Position numbers and translations under genes: made by a program. From assembly GCF_000092105.1 (NCBI RefSeq), contig NC_014148.1, positions 2,640,001-2,672,000 on the forward strand: a stretch of 32,000 nucleotides of DNA, in the 5' to 3' direction. This DNA is from Planctopirus limnophila DSM 3776 (GTDB lineage: Bacteria > Planctomycetota > Planctomycetia > Planctomycetales > Planctomycetaceae). The notes under the pieces were generated by a model that saw nothing but the letters and a program-made list of their open reading frames with translations, was not told the origin of the DNA and did no database searches. Each line of letters begins with the position of its first letter. Position 1 is the stretch's first letter. Positions 14,385 to 24,181 of this stretch are shown one piece after another.

Positions 14385-15056
14385 ATGTTTTCTGCAGGTC
14401 CAACTCCGCTGGATGTCACCTTTGTACTTTTTGGCATTCCCGTTCGAGTGAACCCGATGTTCTGGCTGATGGCCGCTGCCCTGGGTTGGGGATCAGGTGA
14501 CCTGCCACTGGTGCTGATCTGGGTGTGGTGTGTCTTTTTCTCAGTACTCATTCATGAACTGGGACACGCTCTGACAGCCGAGTGGTTTGGCTGGCGAAGT
14601 TCAATCCTGCTCTATTTTGGGGGAGGGCTGGCTTTCTCAGATCGGTACGTCAATAACACGCCGGGGCGGTCTGTGATCATGTCGTTCATGGGCCCGATGG
14701 CTCAATTCCTGCTCTTGGGAATCGTGCTGATCGTTTTATTGGCCTTGCGGGCCTTTCAAGTCGAGATTCCGCCTTACGCAGCGACGGCGTTTAATTATCT
14801 GATCATCATCAATATCTTCTGGCCGATCTTGAATCTGCTCCCGATTCTGCCACTCGATGGAGGCCGCATCCTGCAGGGCCTGCTCGATATGTTCCGTATC
14901 CGGCGGCGCAGTGATATCACCCGCGGGATCAGCGTCGTTCTCGCAGCGGCTGTTGCCGTCTGGTGCTTCACTGAAAACATGCCTTTCGGCACGATCATGT
15001 TCGGTTTGATTGCCTGGCAGAACGCGAGTGGAGCGTTTGATTCTCGCGCCTATTGA
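14385..15056 (+). CDS. Site-2 protease family (peptidase M50) integral membrane metalloprotease
   Basis: Shows the HExxH motif VLIHELGHALTAEWFGW, the second M50 signature NLLPILPLDGGRIL, and multiple hydrophobic segments. I chose the ATG at 14385 (MFSAGPTPLDV) over the track start at 14328. Confidence 0.8.
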   Translation: MFSAGPTPLDVTFVLFGIPVRVNPMFWLMAAALGWGSGDLPLVLIWVWCVFFSVLIHELGHALTAEWFGWRSSILLYFGGGLAFSDRYVNNTPGRSVIMSFMGPMAQFLLLGIVLIVLLALRAFQVEIPPYAATAFNYLIIINIFWPILNLLPILPLDGGRILQGLLDMFRIRRRSDITRGISVVLAAAVAVWCFTENMPFGTIMFGLIAWQNASGAFDSRAY

Positions 15057-15607
15057 TTCATTGCAGAGAACTGACAAACATCGATGAATTCAGTATTCAA
15101 GAAACTCAGTTCATCAGTTGGAATCTTGCAGTGATTGCTCAATCAACACCCACACCGCAGAGTCGCGGCTACATTCATAAAACTTGTGAAACAGCTACTG
15201 AAGTGAATGGCGGTGAGTTTCAGGCACTGGCAGATCCATTAGCAGATATGAAACAGACCTATTGTGCGACCTGTGAAGACTACTTCCCGGTCCGTGAATT
15301 TCGCTGGGAAGATACGAACGAAACACTTTCCAAGTACTACGCCAGGCACTCGCAAAAGGCCTCGGCAATGGCTCGCTTCCTGGGTCGCCGGGACGGCATG
15401 CTCGCACTCTGCTTGCTCGGAGCCGGTTTGGGAATACTTGCAGGGATTGCCATCGGCGTCATTAATGGGCTTGGCCTCGGGATCCTCGTCGCGATCATTC
15501 TGGGAGTTATCGGACTCGTGGGTGGCTTTTGCTTGCAGGCGTTTGTTGTCAATCCCCTGTTGCTTTCGATGATCTGCGGTGAATGGGATCCTCGAAGACT
15601 CAAGTGA
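15053..15607 (+). CDS. Hypothetical protein with a Cys-containing N-domain and a Gly-rich C-terminal membrane region
   Basis: The ORF overlaps the M50 stop by 4 nt. It contains KTCETA...CATCEDYFPV, then LALCLLGAGLGILAGIAIGVINGLGLGILVAIILGVIGLVGGFCLQAFVV (2 predicted TM helices). The start codon is very uncertain (TTG at 15053, no nearby ATG). Confidence 0.5.
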   Translation: MIHCRELTNIDEFSIQETQFISWNLAVIAQSTPTPQSRGYIHKTCETATEVNGGEFQALADPLADMKQTYCATCEDYFPVREFRWEDTNETLSKYYARHSQKASAMARFLGRRDGMLALCLLGAGLGILAGIAIGVINGLGLGILVAIILGVIGLVGGFCLQAFVVNPLLLSMICGEWDPRRLK

Positions 15608-15650
15608 TCTCCAAACGAACCCGAGGAAGTCTGCCTACATGTTGGGTTGA

Positions 15651-15690
15651 AAACGAAAAAGCCCGCCCATCGATTCGATGAGCGGGCTTT
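15651..15690 (-). terminator. Intrinsic terminator of clpB; the hairpin may also stop the convergent + strand gene
   Basis: Stem AAAGCCCGC (15658-15666) / GCGGGCTTT (15682-15690) with an inner CATCGA/TCGATG extension. On the - strand it is followed by TTTTTCGTTTTC. Confidence 0.8.
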
Positions 15691-15722
15691 CGCAGAAGTT
15701 GAAAACATGCTGGCAAAATAAC

Positions 15723-18338
15723 TTATTCTCTGGAGGCCGTGAAAGTAAACTCGCCGTGATGAGCATCGACTCTTACGACATTCGATTCACTGAATTCGCC
15801 GGAAAGTAACGAGTTGGCTAGTTCGTTCTGCAGCCTTTGCTGAATGACTCGTTTGAGAGGCCGGGCCCCATAGGTGGGATCGTAACCTTCGGTCGCGAGA
15901 ACATCCTTCACGCTGTCGCTGACTTCGAGGCGAATATCGTGTTCGGCCAGCCGCTTGATGAGTTTGGCAAGCTGCAGATCGACAATCTGCCGAATTTCCT
16001 TTCTTCCGAGGGGATGGAAAACTATCACTTCATCCACGCGGTTGAGAAACTCGGGCAAGAACTCTTTTCGCAGTGCTCCCATCACTCGGCTGTGGATTTC
16101 CCCTTCATCATCAGTTCCCGAAAGATCCATAATGAGTTGACTGCCAATATTCGACGTCATGACGATAATCGTGTTCGTGAAGTCCACAGTTCGACCCTGA
16201 CCATCCGTCAAACGGCCATCATCGAGAACCTGCAGCAAGACGTTGAAGACATCGCGATGGGCTTTCTCGACTTCATCAAGCAACAGCACGCTGTAGGGCC
16301 TGCGGCGAACAGCCTCTGTCAGCTTGCCGCCTTCTTCGTAGCCCACATAACCGGGTGGTGCGCCAATAAGACGAGCCACGGAGTGCTTTTCCATGAACTC
16401 GCTCATATCGATACGCACCATCGCCTTTTCATCATCAAACAGAAACTCGGCCAAGGCCTTGCAAAGTTCCGTCTTGCCCACACCGGTCGGCCCCAGAAAC
16501 ATGAAGGAGCCAATCGGTCGATTGGGGTCCTGCATACCCGAACGAGCGCGGCGGACGGCATTCGAAACCGCTGTGACAGCCTCTTCCTGGTTGATCATCC
16601 GCTTATGAATCTGATCTTCCATGGAGAGCAGCTTCGCCTTTTCAGTCTGCATCATGCGGGCTACGGGAATCCCCGTCCAATGGCTGACCACTCTGGCGAT
16701 ATCCTCATCAGTCACTTCTTCGCGCAGCAGCCGCTGGGTGTTATCCAAAGTGGCTACTCGCGATTCGGCTGCCTGCAACGCGGCCTGTGCGGCTTTCAAT
16801 TCCTGCTCCGTCTGGAAAGCACGCACGAAGTCTTCGTTATTGTTGGTCCGCTGGGCCTGAGCAAAAGCCTGTTCATAAGCCGTTCGCAATTTCTCGATTT
16901 TTTCCTTCATGGGGCGAATGCCGGAAAGTGCTTCTTTCTCGGTCTGCCAGCGCGCTTTGAGAGCCGTCACCGATTCTTCTTTCTCGGCAATCTCCTTTCG
17001 GATCGAAGCCAGACGCTGCTGACTGTCTGGAGAAGTTTCTCTTGTCAGAGCTGTGGCCTCGATCTGCAGGCGTGTTAATGCTCGTGTGGCTTCGTCGATT
17101 TCGGCTGGCATCGAATCCATTTCCATGCGCAACCGGCTGGCAGCCTCATCGATCAGGTCGATGGCCTTATCAGGCAGAAAGCGATCCGCGATGTAACGAT
17201 CCGACAGTTTGGCAGCGCTGATAATCGCATCGTCGGTAATTCGGACCCCGTGATGTGACTCATATCGTTCCTTAAGCCCGCGCAAAATCGAGATCGTATC
17301 CTCCACACTGGGTTCATTGACCAGCACTGGCTGGAAGCGTCGTTCGAGAGCAGGATCTTTCTCGATATATTTGCGGTATTCGTCGAGCGTGGTCGCTCCG
17401 ACGCAATGGAGTTCACCCCGGGCAAGGGCTGGCTTCAACAGGTTTGAAGCGTCCACAGCCCCTTCCGATGCACCGGCACCCACAACCGTATGAAGCTCAT
17501 CGATAAAGAGAATGACTTTCCCTTCGGATTCGGTCACTTCCTTCAGCACAGCCTTCAGTCGATCCTCGAACTCGCCGCGATATTTGGCACCGGCAATCAA
17601 AGCTCCCATATCGAGAGCGATGACACGCTTGTTTTTGAGGTTTTGAGGTACATCTTCCAGCACAATGCGATGAGCCAGGCCTTCGACAATCGCCGTCTTG
17701 CCGACACCGGCATCACCAATCAGCACGGGGTTGTTCTTGCGGCGGCGTGAAAGGACTTGAATCACACGACGAATCTCGCTGTCGCGGCCAATCACGGGGT
17801 CGATCTTCCCCAATCGAGCCAGTGCGACAAGGTCTTTGCCATACTTTTCGAGGGCCTGATATTTATCTTCCGGATTCTGATCAGTCACTTGCTGATGCCC
17901 GCGAATTGACTGCAGGGCCTTGAGAACATCGGATTCCTCAACTCCATTCATTTTCAGCAATCGACCAGCGACGTCGTCACTCTTGATCAGCGCCAACAGC
18001 AGATGTTCGGTTGAAACGAACTGATCCTTCATCTGGTCAGCCAACTGCTGGCTTTTGTTCAGGACATCCATGAGCGCACTCGACGCGCCCACCTGAGATG
18101 AACTCCCGGAAACCTTCGGTAAACGCGAAATTTCGCTATCAACCAGGCTGGTGAGTTGAGTCAGCCGGACGCCGATTTTTTCGAGAATCGGGCGTACAAC
18201 GCCGCTCGACTCGTCCAACAAGGCTTTGATCAGATGCAAAGGCTGCACCTGAGGTTGCCCGTTGTTTTCTGCAAGCTGCTGAGCTTCCTGCAGTGCCTCC
18301 TGGGCTTTAACAGTCAGTTTGTCGGCTCGGAATGCCAT
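15723..18338 (-). CDS. clpB: ATP-dependent chaperone ClpB (Hsp100 disaggregase)
   Basis: Two AAA+ modules ([15 protein letters not shown] and [17 protein letters not shown] Walker A boxes), a long coiled-coil middle domain and an N-terminal Clp repeat ([20 protein letters not shown]). I chose the ATG at 18338 over the TTG at 18365. Confidence 0.95.
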   Translation of the reverse strand: MAFRADKLTVKAQEALQEAQQLAENNGQPQVQPLHLIKALLDESSGVVRPILEKIGVRLTQLTSLVDSEISRLPKVSGSSSQVGASSALMDVLNKSQQLADQMKDQFVSTEHLLLALIKSDDVAGRLLKMNGVEESDVLKALQSIRGHQQVTDQNPEDKYQALEKYGKDLVALARLGKIDPVIGRDSEIRRVIQVLSRRRKNNPVLIGDAGVGKTAIVEGLAHRIVLEDVPQNLKNKRVIALDMGALIAGAKYRGEFEDRLKAVLKEVTESEGKVILFIDELHTVVGAGASEGAVDASNLLKPALARGELHCVGATTLDEYRKYIEKDPALERRFQPVLVNEPSVEDTISILRGLKERYESHHGVRITDDAIISAAKLSDRYIADRFLPDKAIDLIDEAASRLRMEMDSMPAEIDEATRALTRLQIEATALTRETSPDSQQRLASIRKEIAEKEESVTALKARWQTEKEALSGIRPMKEKIEKLRTAYEQAFAQAQRTNNNEDFVRAFQTEQELKAAQAALQAAESRVATLDNTQRLLREEVTDEDIARVVSHWTGIPVARMMQTEKAKLLSMEDQIHKRMINQEEAVTAVSNAVRRARSGMQDPNRPIGSFMFLGPTGVGKTELCKALAEFLFDDEKAMVRIDMSEFMEKHSVARLIGAPPGYVGYEEGGKLTEAVRRRPYSVLLLDEVEKAHRDVFNVLLQVLDDGRLTDGQGRTVDFTNTIIVMTSNIGSQLIMDLSGTDDEGEIHSRVMGALRKEFLPEFLNRVDEVIVFHPLGRKEIRQIVDLQLAKLIKRLAEHDIRLEVSDSVKDVLATEGYDPTYGARPLKRVIQQRLQNELANSLLSGEFSESNVVRVDAHHGEFTFTASRE

Positions 18339-18477
18339 GGATGTCTCTCCGTATGTTGCTGCCAATATCTTGACAGAAATTGTGATGATTGTATTTCGCT
18401 AAGGCTATGAAATTCAGCTTCGAGAACTGAATGGCGATCTTGGAACAGGCTGAGAATAAATCCAAAAGTATCTACGA

Positions 18478-18521
18478 CACGACCCTGCGACCGGGCTTGC
18501 GCTCGGCGTCACAGGGTCGTG
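18478..18521 (-). terminator. GC-rich compound hairpin between dnaK and clpB; possible dnaK terminator or attenuator
   Basis: Perfect 10-bp outer stem CACGACCCTG (18478-18487) / CAGGGTCGTG (18512-18521). The inner stem is CCGGGC/GCTCGG with one wobble. No tight U-tract follows on the - strand (only ...ACTTTT about 10 nt later), so the function is uncertain. Confidence 0.4.
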
Positions 18522-18659
18522 GATATTTCGACGAAAACGGGATGAAATCGCTTATTGAGGTGTCGTGTCCAATCTCGGTTTTTTCGGCGGATTGTCGAAT
18601 CAACCGAAATCACCAGACAGGTTCAAATCACAACCATCAACAATCAACTTTCAGCCGCA

Positions 18660-20552
18660 TTAACTCTTCTTCTCAAATTCAGCATCGATGACGTCGTCGC
18701 CTCCCTTGGAAGCAGCACCATCATCGGCAGCAGCACCTGCGGCACCACCGGGAGCATTGATATGCTGCGCCATGGCATAGCTGGCCTGCTGCAGAGCTTC
18801 GACTGCGGTGTTAATGGCTGCGACGTCTTCGCCGGTTTCAACCTGCTTGACGCGAGCGATCGCTGCTTCAATGGCCGACTTCGAGCCCGCATCGAGCTTT
18901 TCGCCATGCTCTTTGAGCAACTTCTCAACTTCGTATGCCGAGGTCGAAGCCTTATTTCTTGCTTCGGCCAGTTCACGTCGTTTCTTGTCGTCGCCCGCAT
19001 GAGACTCAGCGTCTCGCTTCATCCGTTCAATCTCGGCAGTATCCAGACCGCTGGCATTCTGGATCTTGACTGACTGCTCCTTGCCTGAACCGAGGTCCTT
19101 GGCTTTGACGCTGACAATCCCGTTGACATCGATATCGAAAGAAACTTCAACTTGAGGAACACCGCGTGGTGCAGGGGGGATCCCATCCAGATTGAACTGG
19201 CTCAGGAGACGATTATCCCGCGCCATCGGACGTTCGCCCTGAAAGACACTCACAGTGACTGCTGTCTGACCATCGGCTGCCGTTGAGAACACCTGCTTCT
19301 TGCTTGTCGGGATCGTCGTGTTTCGTTCGACAAGGCTGGTCATGATCCCACCCTCCGTTTCGATCCCCAGCGACAGCGGGGTCACGTCGAGCAGAAGCAT
19401 ATCCTTGACGTCGCCAGCAATGATGCCCCCTTGAATTGAGGCACCAATGGACACAACTTCGTCAGGATTCACCGAGCGATTGGGCTCTTTGCCGAAATAG
19501 CTCTTCACGAATTCCTGAACTTTAGGAACGCGAGTCGAACCACCGACCAGCACCACTTCATCGATGTCGGAAGGTTTGAGTTTGGCATCCTTGAGGGCCT
19601 GCTCCACAGGCTTCTTGCAGCGATCGATCAGGTGATCAATCAGCTTTTCAAATTCAGCCCGAGTGACATTCAACTGCAAATGCTTCGCACCCGAAGCATC
19701 AGCTGTAATAAAGGGGAGATTGATATCGGTCGTTTGTGAGGAAGAGAGTTCCTTCTTGGCCTTTTCAGCGGCTTCGCGGAGACGCTGCAGCGCCATCGGA
19801 TCTTTGCGCAGTTCAATCCCATTTTCAGCTTTGAACTTATCAGCGATAAAATCGAGCAACGCCTGATCGAAATCGTCACCACCCAGGTGCGTATCGCCAT
19901 TGGTACTCAAAACTTCGACGAGATCGCCGGAAACTTCGAGGACGGAGATATCAAAGGTACCGCCACCCAGGTCAAAGACCGCGATCTTTTCGTCTTTCTT
20001 GGTCTGTAAGCCGTAAGCCAGCGCAGCAGCGGTGGGCTCGTTGATAATGCGTTCGACCTTCAACCCGGCAATTTCACCGGCGTCTTTGGTGGCTTGGCGC
20101 TGTGCATCATTGAAGTACGCAGGGACAGTGATCACAGCGCGTGTCACGGTGTGTCCGAGGTAAGCTTCCGCAGCTTCCTTCAATTTCCGCAGCACAAGCG
20201 CTGAAACTTCGGGAGGTGTATATTCCTTCCCACCCGCTTCGACGCGCACATATTCACTGGGGCCACCGACCACCTTGTAAGGGACGAGTTTCTCTTCCGA
20301 CTCGACTTCACTGTGGCGTCGCCCCATGAAACGCTTCACGGAGTAAATCGTATTCTTAGGGTTTGTGACGGCCTGACGTTTCGCAGGATCACCCACGAGC
20401 CTGTCCCCTTTATCAGTGAAGGCCACGATACTGGGTGTCAGCCGGTTCCCTTCCTGATTGGCGATGACCTTGACTTCACCACCTTCCATCACGGAGACGA
20501 CAGAGTTGGTCGTCCCCAAGTCGATTCCAATCACTTTTTCCTGAACGGCCAT
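18660..20552 (-). CDS. dnaK: Molecular chaperone DnaK (Hsp70)
   Basis: Matches Hsp70 along its full length: [60 protein letters not shown] and a C-terminal lid. Confidence 0.97.
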   Translation of the reverse strand: MAVQEKVIGIDLGTTNSVVSVMEGGEVKVIANQEGNRLTPSIVAFTDKGDRLVGDPAKRQAVTNPKNTIYSVKRFMGRRHSEVESEEKLVPYKVVGGPSEYVRVEAGGKEYTPPEVSALVLRKLKEAAEAYLGHTVTRAVITVPAYFNDAQRQATKDAGEIAGLKVERIINEPTAAALAYGLQTKKDEKIAVFDLGGGTFDISVLEVSGDLVEVLSTNGDTHLGGDDFDQALLDFIADKFKAENGIELRKDPMALQRLREAAEKAKKELSSSQTTDINLPFITADASGAKHLQLNVTRAEFEKLIDHLIDRCKKPVEQALKDAKLKPSDIDEVVLVGGSTRVPKVQEFVKSYFGKEPNRSVNPDEVVSIGASIQGGIIAGDVKDMLLLDVTPLSLGIETEGGIMTSLVERNTTIPTSKKQVFSTAADGQTAVTVSVFQGERPMARDNRLLSQFNLDGIPPAPRGVPQVEVSFDIDVNGIVSVKAKDLGSGKEQSVKIQNASGLDTAEIERMKRDAESHAGDDKKRRELAEARNKASTSAYEVEKLLKEHGEKLDAGSKSAIEAAIARVKQVETGEDVAAINTAVEALQQASYAMAQHINAPGGAAGAAADDGAASKGGDDVIDAEFEKKS

Positions 20553-20994
20553 ATCTCATTCTCCTCGATGACTTGATCTGAAGATGTTGTATCCACGTTG
20601 ACTACTGGCGTCTGACTTCCCATCAAAACTCTGTACAAAGACTTCCGACTCACCTTGAACCCCAGCAACCCCATGGCCGCTCGATTCTGTTCATGATGCA
20701 GAGGCCTCAGCAAACAAGTCTCGACAGAAGTCTGTCAGTCATGCCCGCAGCTTTCGTCAGGTCACAATCAGTAAGCAAAGATCGCGCCAAACACAAAACG
20801 AATGCATGATCTAAATGCAATCTTCTATTCCACAATCAGTTATGAAAAACGAAACTCCTACAACAGAATCGTTGACCTTTAAGTAGCCGCCACTTTGGCA
20901 CATAACGCCAAAATGACAGCCCCCGCCAAAACTGCCATTTTGACACCTGTTATTGAATTGTGGTTGGTAAGTTCGTCTCGGAATCTCTGCCAAC

Positions 20995-21024
20995 TTGACA
21001 AAGCAGGAAACAGACCTGTAAAAG
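20995..21024 (+). promoter_or_regulatory. Possible promoter for pheA
   Basis: TTGACA (20995-21000), 18 nt, then TAAAAG (21019-21024). The -35 is perfect and the -10 is poor. This is a guess. Confidence 0.2.
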
Positions 21025-21034
21025 AGCGTAACGT

Positions 21035-21111
21035 CCTGAATTTTCACGAGTTATGTGACACTTAACTGATACGCGACCTGTCAGAGTGTTAAGTGTTAAT
21101 GTGGATTCAGG
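21035..21111 (+). promoter_or_regulatory. Nested inverted repeats in the putative pheA leader
   Basis: Outer pair CCTGAAT (21035-21041) / ATTCAGG (21105-21111). Inner pair ACACTTAAC (21058-21066) / GTTAAGTGT (21088-21096), plus CTGA/TCAG. The structure ends 32 nt before the pheA ATG. Confidence 0.3.
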
Positions 21112-21142
21112 TTAGGCACTCTCATTCGGGAATACTCGGGAA

Positions 21143-22294
21143 ATGGCCACAAAGCCTCAGCCGACCAAGAAAACATCGAAAGCCTCCACCAGCGGATCGG
21201 CAAAAACTGCTGGCAATCCCGTCAAGGCGACAGCGAGTCTTGAAACGGAAATCGAGAAGCTCGACGGTGAAATTGTGAAACTTCTCAACCAGAGAGCCTC
21301 TGCCACTTTAAAGCTCCTCGAAGCAGCCCCCGACAAAAAGGCTGTGCTCTTTGATCCTAAGGCTGATGATCTCCTCGCATTGAAGCTTGAAGAAAAGTCT
21401 TCCGGCCCTCTGCCTGCCCATGCTTTACGAGGCGTTCTGCGACAAGTTCTCAGCTCGATTCGCAACCAGGTTCGCACCCAGCGAGTGGCCTATCTGGGCC
21501 CGGCGTTCAGCTTTACTCACATGGCGGCTATTGAGCGTTTTGGTGAGGCCGCCGATCTGATCCCCGTGAATACGATTGCCGCAGTGTTTGAAGAGGTTAA
21601 TCGAGGCCATGCCGACTTCGGACTGGTGCCCATCGAGAATAGTACAGATGGCAGGATCATCGACACTCTCGATATGTTCACTCGCCTGCCACTGCGTATC
21701 TGCGGGGAAGTTCAACTCGCCATTCATCACAATCTGCTGGGGCGATCTGCCCGTGGAGAAATCACAGAGATCTACAGTAAACCGCAAGCCCTTTCGCAAT
21801 GCCGCGAATGGCTGAGTCGTAATATGCCTCAAGCCCGGCTGATTGAAGTCACCAGCACTTCGACAGCCGCTCAACTGGGACGTGATAAACCAGGTGCCGC
21901 CGCAGTTGCCAGTCGCCAGGCAGCCACGGAGTACGGATTGGAAATTCTGGCAGCGAATATTGAAGACAACTCGCAGAACATCACGCGGTTTGCTGTGCTT
22001 GGCGACCGTACTATGGCCCCCACAGGACAGGATCGAACCTCGATCCTGCTGCAGACAGCCGACAAGCCAGGGGCTCTAGCCAATGCTCTGGAAATCTTCA
22101 AACGGCTCAAAATCAACCTGACCTGGATTGAATCCTTTCCATTGCGTGGGCCCGAGAGCGGTTACATCTTCTTCATCGATGCCGAGGGGCACATGAAGGA
22201 CACTCGTGTCAAGAAAGCACTTGATGAACTGACAACTCATGCGGTTCGCCTCGAAGTGCTGGGCTCTTACCCCTGCAGCGAACCGATTGACTGA
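21143..22294 (+). CDS. pheA: Bifunctional chorismate mutase / prephenate dehydratase (P-protein)
   Basis: N-terminal chorismate-mutase helix ([22 protein letters not shown]), a prephenate dehydratase core ([28 protein letters not shown]) and a C-terminal ACT domain ([21 protein letters not shown]...ESFP). Confidence 0.9.
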   Translation: MATKPQPTKKTSKASTSGSAKTAGNPVKATASLETEIEKLDGEIVKLLNQRASATLKLLEAAPDKKAVLFDPKADDLLALKLEEKSSGPLPAHALRGVLRQVLSSIRNQVRTQRVAYLGPAFSFTHMAAIERFGEAADLIPVNTIAAVFEEVNRGHADFGLVPIENSTDGRIIDTLDMFTRLPLRICGEVQLAIHHNLLGRSARGEITEIYSKPQALSQCREWLSRNMPQARLIEVTSTSTAAQLGRDKPGAAAVASRQAATEYGLEILAANIEDNSQNITRFAVLGDRTMAPTGQDRTSILLQTADKPGALANALEIFKRLKINLTWIESFPLRGPESGYIFFIDAEGHMKDTRVKKALDELTTHAVRLEVLGSYPCSEPID

Positions 22295-22433
22295 AATATC
22301 TGAACGAACAGAGCCATTTTGAATCTGAAAAAATGCTGATCTCAGTTTGAGCAGCGGACTTTGATCTTCAGGCAAACGAACACGTTTAAGCTATCGATTT
22401 CATCTGCATCTATCGTTGTGTGAGGAAACACCT

Positions 22434-23207
22434 ATGCGTCGCCTGTTTGTGGCTGGCAACTGGAAAATGAATACCAACCTTGCCAGTGGCAAAGAACTTG
22501 CCAAAGGTGTGGCTGCCGAAGCTCAGCGTCTGGGTGATGCGATCGACATTGCCGTTTGCCCACCGTTTGTCTATTTGAGCAACGTTAAAGCCGAGCTGGC
22601 AGGTTCGAAAGTGCAGCTTGGTGCCCAAAATACATGGTTTGCAGCTCCCGGTGCCTTTACGGGAGAAACCGCTGTTGAAATGCTCAAAGATATTGGCTGC
22701 TCCTGGGTGATTCTCGGCCACAGTGAAAGGCGTCAGCTGCTCGGCGAGAAGGACGAACTGATCAACAAAAAGATCGCAGCTGCGACTTCCGAAGATTTAG
22801 GCGTCATTTTCTGTGTGGGCGAACTGCTCGAAGATCGTCAGGCAGGGCGGACTGAAACCGTTCTGGAAACCCAGCTTTCAGGCGGACTGGCAAATCTGGA
22901 TGCAGCCGTTCTTGGTCAGATCGTTATTGCGTATGAACCTGTCTGGGCCATTGGCACTGGAGTGACAGCCACTCCGGAACAGGCTGAGGGCGCCCACGCC
23001 TTCATTCGCGGCTGGTTAACGAAGCAGTACGGTGCCAAAGTGGCTGACAGCGTGCGAATTCTTTACGGCGGTAGTGTCAAGGCTGACAATGCCGAGGCCT
23101 TGATGTCTTTGCCGAACGTCGATGGGGCTCTGGTCGGAGGAGCCAGTCTGACAACTGCTCAGTTTGCTCCCATCCTGCAGGCTGCGGCCCTAGTGGCCTC
23201 GCGCTGA
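22434..23207 (+). CDS. tpiA: Triosephosphate isomerase
   Basis: MRRLFVAGNWKMN, ILGHSERR, AYEPVWAIGTG and ILYGGSV. I chose the ATG at 22434, which is preceded by GAGGAA. Confidence 0.93.
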   Translation: MRRLFVAGNWKMNTNLASGKELAKGVAAEAQRLGDAIDIAVCPPFVYLSNVKAELAGSKVQLGAQNTWFAAPGAFTGETAVEMLKDIGCSWVILGHSERRQLLGEKDELINKKIAAATSEDLGVIFCVGELLEDRQAGRTETVLETQLSGGLANLDAAVLGQIVIAYEPVWAIGTGVTATPEQAEGAHAFIRGWLTKQYGAKVADSVRILYGGSVKADNAEALMSLPNVDGALVGGASLTTAQFAPILQAAALVASR

Positions 23208-23384
23208 TCAGTCTTTGATGATCGATTCCATTTTGAGGTAGATGTCTGTCTGAAGTCGATAACAGTGGATTTGCCGTCTCCGAGGCTTTCCCTGTCAATC
23301 TTGAGTTGAAACTATTATCCTCTTCGCTGATTTCCCTTGGGGATCACTTCTCAAAGGACACCTGGAGGTTCTGAAGGCAAAGTT

Positions 23385-23996
23385 ATGGATTATCTCATTT
23401 ACTTCATGATGACGTTGCTGGGCTTTGTGAGCCTGCTGCTGATGGCAATTATCCTGCTGCAACGTGGCCGGGGCGGTGGTCTGGCCGGAGCCTTTGGTGG
23501 TGCCGGCGGACAAAGTGCTCTGGGTGTGAAAGCCGGAGATCTGTTCACACGCATTACCATCGGGATGGCTGCCGTCTGGTTTGCACTGGCAGCCATTTGT
23601 GTCCTGCTCATGTCGCGTCCACTCTATAAAGACGGTTCTCGAGTTGAGAGAAAGCCCAGCGATTCTGCGATTACGAATCCCCTCGTAAAGCCTGCTGATC
23701 CCGAGGAGCCTCAGAGTACGACACCAGTCAGGACTCCAGCAGAAGGCACAACTCCAGCTGGAAATGCACCAGCGGCTGACGTCAAGCCGACGGAAGAGAA
23801 ATCAACGGTCACGCCTCCTGCCTCTACGCCAGAAGTCCCCGTGAAGGAGACCTCAACTGGCGATCAAACATCTGCAGCAAAGACAGATGAAACCAAGCCT
23901 GTCGAGGCAAGTAAAGAAGCTGCCCCAGCAGTGACCACTCCTGCAGAGCCCGCCACCGGGACGGAGACTCCCAAGGCCGAAGAACCTAAGCCATAG
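23385..23996 (+). CDS. secG: Preprotein translocase subunit SecG with a ~125-aa Pro/Thr/Glu/Lys-rich C-terminal tail
   Basis: The motifs LLMAIILLQRGRGGGLAGAFGG...G..LFTRITIGMAAVWFALAAICVLL give the two-TM SecG signature. tpiA-secG is a widely conserved gene pair. The ATG at 23385 (MDYLIYF) is preferred. Confidence 0.8.
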   Translation: MDYLIYFMMTLLGFVSLLLMAIILLQRGRGGGLAGAFGGAGGQSALGVKAGDLFTRITIGMAAVWFALAAICVLLMSRPLYKDGSRVERKPSDSAITNPLVKPADPEEPQSTTPVRTPAEGTTPAGNAPAADVKPTEEKSTVTPPASTPEVPVKETSTGDQTSAAKTDETKPVEASKEAAPAVTTPAEPATGTETPKAEEPKP

Positions 23997-24181
23997 CCAC
24001 TGGTACAAGACTTGATTTACTCGGTGAACCAGTTTTTGCTTGAAACTGTCGCTCAGGGATGAATCATTGCGACTGCGGGCAGGATTGCGAGGTCTCAAAC
24101 CGCTCCCTCAAAATCAGGATGATGTAAGAGTAGTTTTTCTGGCAATTGTAGACGGTAGACAGCAGCTATTGTCGGGAGTTG

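Noticed and set aside
15837-17078. 413-aa ORF on the + strand.
   Set aside because: It is entirely antisense to the unambiguous clpB gene. The sequence is low-complexity and unrecognisable, so this is a shadow ORF.
20896-20912. TGGCAC...GCC resembling a sigma-54 -24/-12 promoter.
   Set aside because: The spacing is wrong (GG to GC offset of 10 instead of 12), the -12 element is GCCA rather than TTGC, and the orientation points toward pheA with no enhancer-binding context.
20811-21047. 78-aa ORF in the dnaK-pheA intergenic region.
   Set aside because: It is Cys/Phe-rich with odd composition and sits in an AT-richer regulatory region full of repeats. There is no supporting signal.
18339-21142. 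Searched for the classical heat-shock operators CIRCE and HAIR upstream of clpB and dnaK.
   Set aside because: Neither consensus was found by eye. The only ACTCAAG lies at about 15596, inside another gene's 3' end, and is irrelevant.
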